Source: Octopus vulgaris | Lineage: Eukaryota | Direction: 5' to 3' | Length of the DNA: 64,000 nucleotides | NCBI GenBank assembly: GCA_951406725.2 | Contig: OX597828.1 | Span: forward strand, 42,904,001-42,968,000 | Shown here: piece by piece, positions 55,743 through 64,000 of the stretch | Position numbering within the stretch: the first letter of the stretch is position 1 | Layout: each line of letters opens with the position of its first letter | Notes under the pieces: model-generated | What the model was told of the DNA's origin: nothing | The model's input: the letters and a program-made list of their open reading frames with translations, nothing else | Database searches by the model: none | Program-made: the position numbers and the translations under genes

Positions 55743-56366
55743 GCAAAATCCTTTGGAAGTAAATATGATTTACTTGTCTATGTAGTTTCTTCTTCTTATT
55801 GCCTTTTCTCCACTAAAATGTCTCAGATCTCTCGCTAATCCTGTCGCTTATCCTTTACCATTCATGTATTCAACTCCTCCTTTATTCCTTTATTCTCTTA
55901 TTCACTCCATCAGACATACATTTATAATAGTCTTTCAGCGCTTCTGCTTGTCTCTCATTTAACCGTCTTCGTGTATTTTTTTATACGTGTGTGTATGTAT
56001 GATGTATGTATGTATGTATGTATGTATGTATGCATGCATGCATGTATGTATGTATGTATGTATGTATGCATGCATGCATGTATGTATGTATGTATGTATG
56101 TATGTATGTATGTATGTATGTATGTATGTATGTATGTATGCATGCATGCATGTATGTATGTATGTATGTATGTATGTATGTATGTATGTATGCATGTATG
56201 TATGTATACATGTATGTATGTATCTATTTATCTATCTATGTATGTATGTATGTGTGTGTGTGTACGCATATATATGTATTATGTATGTAGCTATTTATAT
56301 ATAAATATATACATATATATACGTATGTATGTCTATATATGTGTGTGCGAATATATATATAAATAT

Positions 56367-56399
<33 letters not shown>

Positions 56400-56400
56400 G

Positions 56401-56523
<123 letters not shown>

Positions 56524-57859
56524 GTATGTATAACTTTGCTCTCTGCTATTTCTTCAAATCCATTCGATTACCTGTCAAAGTGAAAGGTATTAATAAGTAT
56601 TTTTTTTTTTTGTTTTTCTTACACACCAAATCTTCGTATCTGCTTCTACTTTCAAAATGTCAGTGTACAACATCCAATATGTCGTTCCGCCTTTCCCCCA
56701 CTAATGCTAATAAATCTGATGTCATCTCCAAAGTTTTAAGGCGCCTGAAGACATGTGATTGTGCGGCACGCGTCTCGTATAAATAGAAATGGCGATCGGC
56801 CTCAGAGCAACACCTTGCTATTTTTCAAGAAATTACATGAGCGCCATTGGTATCACTTTGGTCGTTGAGACTCTGACGAAGACAATAGCTTTAGTTCCTT
56901 CCTGACAAAGTAAGAAAAAAAAGGAAAAGGAATACTGAATTCTCACGCCACCAACTTGGTTTAAGTTTTATGCGTGTTATGTGTTGTGTGTTGTCTCTGT
57001 GTGTGTGTGTGTATGTGTTTCCGTGCGTCATATGTTGTTATTTCCATAAATATGAAGCTGTAGATAATAGCTGTTGACACGAACGCACATTACCCAGTGT
57101 TTCATGAACATTCAAATGTCCTGCTTGAAGTTTTAGCGTCACGTGACATGATATGCAAGTTACTGCTTGTTGTTATTTTCGTTGCTTAAATATATCACAT
57201 TAAAAAAATACTTGCAGTCTATTAGCGTGGGGGTCTTGTCAATAACTAGAACGTAAGGCAATTAACTAAACCAAGGTTAATTTTCTTTAACAAAGTAGTC
57301 CCACCATCCTCATTCCGTATCAGTATATTCCATGTTATAAGGTTGAAAATATCCGAGCATAAGTGCTCATCGATGACGGCAATTAGAAATTGTTTCTGAT
57401 TAACGGTTAACTTGCAGTGCTTTAGATTATACAGTTCATCAAGCAGGGTGTATGTGCGGTTATACCTTCCATTGCAGTTAAAATAGAACAAATAGAGAAC
57501 ATACCTTGAGAAACAGACTCATTATTCATGTGCAACAAATATGTGATTCTAACACCACACAGATTCCACTAAGCGAACATTTAGGCTTACGTGCAACAAA
57601 CAAATCACCGAAATAACCGCTATCCCGTTTTATATTTGTTCTGATCAAACCAGAGGAGAATATAAGGAGAAATGAATAAAATGAAATAAATAGCATATTA
57701 TGTACATTCTTTCTCCCGTCGTATGCAAATCCTAACATAGTATATGTGCACACGCATGCACACGCATACACACGCATGCACACGCATGCACACGCATGTA
57801 TACAAACACACACACACAGACATATATGTAATCAATCCCAATAAACAATCAACTCAAAT

Positions 57860-57990
57860 AAACGAGTAAAAATTAACAGACAACAAGAGGACGTGCACAA
57901 GGAATGTATTAGCTTGACGCTCGATGAAAGAGAGAGAGTTTGACATTTCAAGCATAGCTCTTCGTCGGAGAGGAGAAAGGGCAAAGTCTA
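57860..57990 (-). mobile_element. Penelope-like terminal repeat with degenerate hammerhead
   Basis: Minus strand: CCGACGA A GAGC-TAT-GCTT GAAA TGT C; related to 50180-50368. Confidence 0.5.
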
Positions 57991-57995
57991 ATATA

Positions 57996-58079
<84 letters not shown>

Positions 58080-58131
58080 ATGTATATATATATACATATA
58101 TATACATACATATATATATATAAATATATAT

Positions 58132-58680
58132 ACGAGCAAAACGCCCCCCGTCCAATGGACGGTGCTGAATCATATCTGCTGAATAAAAAGCAATCAGTGT
58201 TTTCTTTTCATTAAAAAATCATTAAGCATGCCTTTATTTTAATAAAATTGTTGGTTTGTTAAACGAAGTGAAGGCAAAAAAAAAGAAACTTTTTGAGAAA
58301 CCAAATAGTCTTTCCTTCCTTCATGCAAAGTTTGAAGAAAATATCTCTTTTGCATCATACATTTTTGGTCTCTTAAATATACTGCATTTTGTGGCATTAT
58401 TTCAACCAGCCGGCTATTTTTGTGCAAACTGCACGTGCATTATTCTCGCGTACGCGTAATATCGATCGCAACAGCTGAGGTACTTGCGCGTACAAATGCA
58501 AGTTCCCACGGCTTCATCGATCGCATTCTCACCTGGAATCAATTTTTGTAATTTTTTTCAAGACTTATACACGCCCTAATACCGTCGGTATGTACATGTT
58601 AAATTTGAGCGCAATCGGATGGAGGATGCCCGAGATCCTAGAAGACACACACACAGACAGACGGAACGGATTTTATATAA
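58132..58680 (-). mobile_element. Non-autonomous Helitron-like element
   Basis: Minus-strand 3' end has a GC hairpin CCGTCC-ATT-GGACGG about 12 nt before CTCG-T (CTAG variant). The other end has AAATTTGAGCGCAATCGG...ACAGACAGAC...TTTTATATA, as in Lep1-type elements. Confidence 0.65.
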
Positions 58681-58897
58681 TATATATATATATATTTACG
58701 TATGCGTCTTTGTGTCTGTGTTTGTCCCTTCATCACCGCTTGACAACCGGTATTGGTGTGCTTACGCCCCCATAATCTATCGGTTCGGCAAAAGGGACCG
58801 ATAGAATAAGTACCAGGCCCCAAAATAAGTACCGGGGTGATGCCCCAGCATGGCCGCAGTCCAATGACTGAACCAAGTAAAGGATATAAGTTAAAAC

Positions 58898-58944
<47 letters not shown>

Positions 58945-59562
58945 ACACAGACCTATATACACACAAACTATGTGAGTGTGTGTATGTGTGTATATGTTTT
59001 TATGAATGTATATACACGCTAGAATGTGTGTGTACACATCGTGTATAGTCTAGATTTCTATAATAGAAGTCCTATTGTGTGGGGCAATGTTGTAAGAACT
59101 TGTCCCCCTTACGGGTCACTGGTCTTCCCTAATAGAAGAATTATTATCTCAGTTCACGTTATAGGCCCAGCCAGTCACTACTTGCTTGCTATTAACACGG
59201 TACTCTCGACAACCACCCACCCTTCATACCTCTTGCCGATCCTTTAACCCCTAAATCCACCCTTTACATATTTATTTACACTTGTTTCTTCGTCATTTCC
59301 TCCCACATTTCGTTTTCATATATTTTTGTATTTGCTACATTCTTTCGTCTTTTTTTTTCTCTGAGTATGTATGCGTGTACGTGTTTGTGAACGTGTGTGT
59401 GTGTGTATGTGTGTGTGTGTGTGTGTGCGTGCGTGTCTTTTATATATACTTTCTTTTCAACAGTATTTCTTCTTTCCTTGCTGTAATTGTAGTTGTGTCA
59501 CCTTTGCCGCGAATAATCCTCACCACCATCCCCAACATCACACTGACGATGATGATGATGAT

Positions 59563-59599
<37 letters not shown>

Positions 59600-59603
<4 letters not shown>

Positions 59604-59876
59604 TCCTTTCTGCTATAGGTTTAAGTCGATTACATCAAAATTTGTACTCAAATAGTTTCAAAGTTTACCACAAGGCAGTTATATCGGGGCAGGGGATGAG
59701 TCGATTACAGCGACCCCAGTGCCCAACTGGTACTTATTTTATCGCTCCCCCCCCCGGCCCCGAAACGATGAAAAACAAAGTCGACCTCGGCGGAATTTCT
59801 ACTCAAAATGCAGCGATGGGGGAAATACCGCTGAGCATTTCGTCCGGCGCGCTAACGATTCTGCCGGCTCGTCGCC

Positions 59877-59911
<35 letters not shown>

Positions 59912-60107
59912 GAGGAGGAGGAGGAGGAGAAGGAGACCCCTTCGGTCATGAATGACCATGGGATTGCACCTTCACATCAACAACAACAACAACAACAATA
60001 ATAATAACTATAATAAAGGTTTCGTTGAAGAGGGCTACTAATTCTACTACTACTGCTAGTACTACTACAACCATCACTCTACTACTACTACTACTGCTGC
60101 TACTACA

Positions 60108-60160
<53 letters not shown>

Positions 60161-61020
60161 AACCATCACTCAAATGGTACTTATTTTATCGACCCATAAA
60201 GGATTAAAGGCAAAGTCACCTTCGGCGGAATTTGAAATCAGAATGTACAGAACAACCGCAAAAGATTTTTCGGCGCGCTAACGGTTCTACCAGCTTTGGT
60301 TTTAAAGTTTGGCACGAGGCTAGCAAATTTGGGTGAAGGGTGGAGGCTGGTTACACCGATCACAGTACTTGACTGGTACTTTATTTTAGTGGTCTCAAAA
60401 AGGTGATAGGAGACTCTAACCTCGGCGCGCCGCAGTGCAATTTGTCCGATGCTCTAACGATTCTGTTAAGCTTTTTGCGTAATGGTTCCAGATTTAGGCT
60501 CAAGGGGAGGATGTAAAACGGTAGCATTAAACCCCAGTACAAAACTGGTATGCGTTCATATTGAACTAGGAGTCTTAAAATGCATGATTAGAAGCAACTA
60601 TTATTATTTAGCGCGTCGGACGAATTGCTTAGCAGCATTTCTTCCAACACGCTACGTTCTGATTTCAAATACCACCGTAGTCAACCTTTGTCGTTCACTC
60701 TTTCGGGGTCGACGAATTAAGGTACCAGTCAAGTACTGAGGTCAATGTAATCGACTTGCCCCACCCCTCATACCTTCTCTGGTGTTGTGATAAAATCCGA
60801 TACAATTCGTATTATCATTAGTAAGTGAGACAGGCTGGGAGAATCGTCAGCGCGTCGAACAAAATGCTTAACGGTATTTCGTTCCTCTTTACATTCCAAA
60901 TTCAAACTCCAACGTAGTCAACTTTGCCTTTCATCAGTTGAGTAGTGGTGTCGATGTAACTGACTTAACCCACCCCCAGCCAAATTGCTGGCGTTGTGCC
61001 AAAATTTGAAGTCATTATTA
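59600..61020. mobile_element. Cluster of degenerate SINE A copies (alternative tail) on both strands, with microsatellites
   Basis: Recognisable AAAGTCGACCTCGGCGGAATTT, AGTACCAGT and GTCGATGTAA motifs at about 59700-59880, 60170-60470 and 60610-61020. Confidence 0.7.
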
Positions 61021-61380
61021 TTACCTCCGTCTTGGCGAAGTTGGAGGTATTGTTTTCAGTTGTGTTTGTTTGTTTGTCTGTGGACAAGATATCTCAAGAA
61101 CTGCTGAATGGATTCAGATGAAACTTTCAGGGATGTTTGGCCTCGTGACTGGCATGAACTGATTAGATTTTGGCATCGATCCGCTACCGGATAAGATTTC
61201 TGGATTATTTTTGCGGTTTTTTTACTTAATTTTTAAGAGCGGTCGGGTTCATTTTTAGTATTCTCGCTTGTGAGAGCAGTCGAGTTTATTTCAGATATTT
61301 TCATTTTAAAAACATCTCCGGCTAACCCTTGAGAGGACGTTGGTGTTGCCTCGGTGGAGGTTTGCGCGCTCTGAGTGCTC

Positions 61381-61384
<4 letters not shown>
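61021..61384 (+). mobile_element. Helentron-associated interspersed element (HINE, DINE-1-like)
   Basis: 5' palindrome TACCTCC...GGAGGTA, (GTTT/GTCT)n microsatellite, 3' subterminal inverted repeat GGTGGAGGT followed by stem-loop GCGCTC-T-GAGTGC, T-rich flanks. Confidence 0.75.
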
Positions 61385-61462
<78 letters not shown>

Positions 61463-61492
61463 CATTATTATTATTATTATTATTATTATTAA

Positions 61493-61705
61493 GGCGGCGA
61501 GCTGGCAGAATCGTTAGCACGCTGGAGGAAATGCATAGCTGGGTTTCACCCGTCGCTACGTCCTCAGTTCAAATTCCACCGAGGTCGACTTTGCCTTTCA
61601 TCCTTTCGATAAATTAAGTACCAGTTGTGTACTGGGGTCGATGTAATCGATTTAACCCATCCTCTCAAATTTCAGGCCTTGTCCCTATATTTGAAATGAT
61701 TATTA
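61493..61705 (+). mobile_element. SINE family A with alternative tail ending in (ATT)
   Basis: A head and centre, then CAAATTTCAGGCCTTGTCCCTATATTTGAAATGATTATT. Confidence 0.85.
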
Positions 61706-61889
61706 TCATTACTGTCACGGTTGCAATGGTAATGTTATTGCCCTTGTGCAGAAGGAAAAATAGTCCTGTTATTTTTGTTGCTCTTATTACCATCACTGTC
61801 CCCACTACTACACCCACCATCCCCTCTAACGACCGCTTCTACCATCACCCATGGTACCTTCCACTACTACCCAACTTTACCATGACTTC

Positions 61890-62320
<431 letters not shown>

Positions 62321-62927
62321 TCATCGCTGTCGCTGTCATTTGCTTTGTTGTAGTTGCTGCCATCATATTGTTGCTGCTCCTGTTATTTATGTCCCCATTC
62401 TCGCCACCTCCCAACGTCACCACCATCACCACCCAAATTTGACTATCCTTCATCCTTCTCTTCTTCCTCTTCCCCTTCCTCCCCTCCTCCTCCTCCTCCT
62501 TCTCCTCCTCCTCCACAACCAATTAACAATAAGGTTTCGCATCATTGAGTCCTTTTCCTATGTAAGCCTTTACAGGCACTCACCGTCGTCAACACTGCGT
62601 AAATTCGGCTCCTACCTCTGCGTACCACCTCTGTTTTTCCCTTTATACTTTTCCCCATCACCTTCCTATTATTTCTCTTCTGCAACTAGATACCCACATT
62701 TAATGGGTCCCATTCTGGAGTCAATTCTTTTTCATGTTTTGTTTTGTCGTATTTCTTTGCGTTGTATCATTACTATTCGTTTCATTCAAATCCATTCTCA
62801 CAACTAGTCGACATTCTCTTTTGTTGTTTTACATCCTTTTTGTTTCTCTTTACTATTTTTTTCTCACTCTCTCTACACACGTGTCTGTATATGTGTGTGA
62901 GTGTATGTGCATAGATCGATAGCCACT

Positions 62928-63275
62928 AAACCTTTTTATTTTCTCTCCTTGTTTATTTCTGTGTTTCTTTCTGTTGAAGAGCGTAGGCTCGAAACGTAAA
63001 GGACTTTCTCACTTCCTGAGCGTTAAACCAAAACATCTCTTTGTTGTTTACACACCCTTCTTCTCTTTTTTTGTAAATTCTTACTATATATATGTATAGT
63101 ATATGTATATATGTGAGTGTTTACAAAAAAAAAAATGACGAAGACAGGTGAAAAACAACAAACAGATGTATTAGTTTAACGCTTGAGAAGTGAGAAAGTC
63201 TTTTACGTTTCGAGCCTACGCTCTTCGACAGAAAGGAACACAGAAATAAACAGGGAGAGAAAATAAAAAAGGTTT
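62928..63275. mobile_element. Inverted pair of Penelope-like terminal repeats (~150-bp arms), each with a minimal hammerhead motif
   Basis: Arms at 62928-63077 and 63120-63275. Motifs CTTT CTGTTGA A GAGC-GTAG-GCTC GAAA CGT A AAGG (+, 62966-63003) and CTTT CTGTCGA A GAGC-GTAG-GCTC GAAA CGT A AAAG (-, 63200-63235). Confidence 0.8.
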
Positions 63276-63285
63276 TGTGTCATTA

Positions 63286-63740
63286 TGATGATCATCATCA
63301 TCGTCGTTGTCGTTTTCGTAGTCATCGCCGTCGTTGTCGGGGTTGTGGCCATCGTCATCATGATCATCATTACCACCACCATCATCATGATCATCATGAT
63401 CATCATGATCATCATCATGATCATCATCATGATCGTCATCATCATCATGATCATCATCATCATGATGATGATGATGATCATCATCATCATGATCATCATC
63501 ATGATCATCATCATCATCATCATCATGATGATGATCATCATCATCATCATGATCATGATCATGATCATCATGATCATCATCATCATCATGATGATCATCA
63601 TGATCATCATGATCATGATCATGATCATGATCATGATCATCATCATGATCATCATCATCATGATCATCATGATCATCATCATCATCATCATCATCATCAT
63701 GATCATCATCATCATCATCGTCGTCGTCGTCGTCATCATT
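63286..63740. repeat. Mixed (CAT)n/(GAT)n self-complementary microsatellite
   Basis: Interleaved CAT and GAT runs producing many ATCATGAT palindromes. Confidence 0.92.
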
Positions 63741-64000
63741 ACTACGTCTCCGGGCTAGTCGTCTCATTTATTGCCATTAGTGGACACCTGCCTACATAAT
63801 GTCATTTAGTTGTGAGGTTCCACTCGCCCCGCCCATTTCCCTGCTACGCTACCACCCACCACCACCACCACCACCACCACCACCACCAGAACCACCAAAC
63901 AGCATCACCGCCGCCGCCACCAACAACAACACCAGTGAAGTCACGTGTTTCTGAATGGATGATAGTTGTACCACACAGACGTTTGCTTGTTTATGTTTAT

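Noticed and set aside
63216-63799. His/Asp-rich metal-binding protein ORFs
   Set aside because: Product of the CAT/GAT microsatellite, open in several frames on both strands.

Overview
Repeat-dense eukaryotic (metazoan) non-coding DNA, intronic or intergenic. The very high microsatellite load ((TA)n, (CA)n, (TATC)n, (TATG)n, (ATT)n, (GTA)n, (GAA/GGA)n) and the SINE families look like an octopus (coleoid cephalopod) genome, which is an inference. I found no credible host protein-coding exon; almost all listed ORFs are translated microsatellites. The only protein remnants I recognise are transposon-derived: two mariner fragments, two CR1-type LINE 3' ends and one restriction-like-endonuclease LINE fragment. 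Four tRNA-derived SINE families (my labels A-D), several MITEs, a Helitron-like and a Helentron/HINE-like element are also present. The most notable observations are: (1) dispersed Penelope-type minimal hammerhead-ribozyme motifs with non-canonical cores, often in fold-back pairs; (2) a 17 x 67-bp satellite built from a CR1/SINE 3'-end stem-loop, directly behind a Pol III-type promoter; (3) a covarying 3' stem-loop shared by LINE, SINE and satellite; (4) modular tail swapping and stereotyped head-less dimers among SINEs; (5) several long inverted repeats that would be candidate ADAR substrates if transcribed. Coordinates were read by eye and may be off by a few bases.
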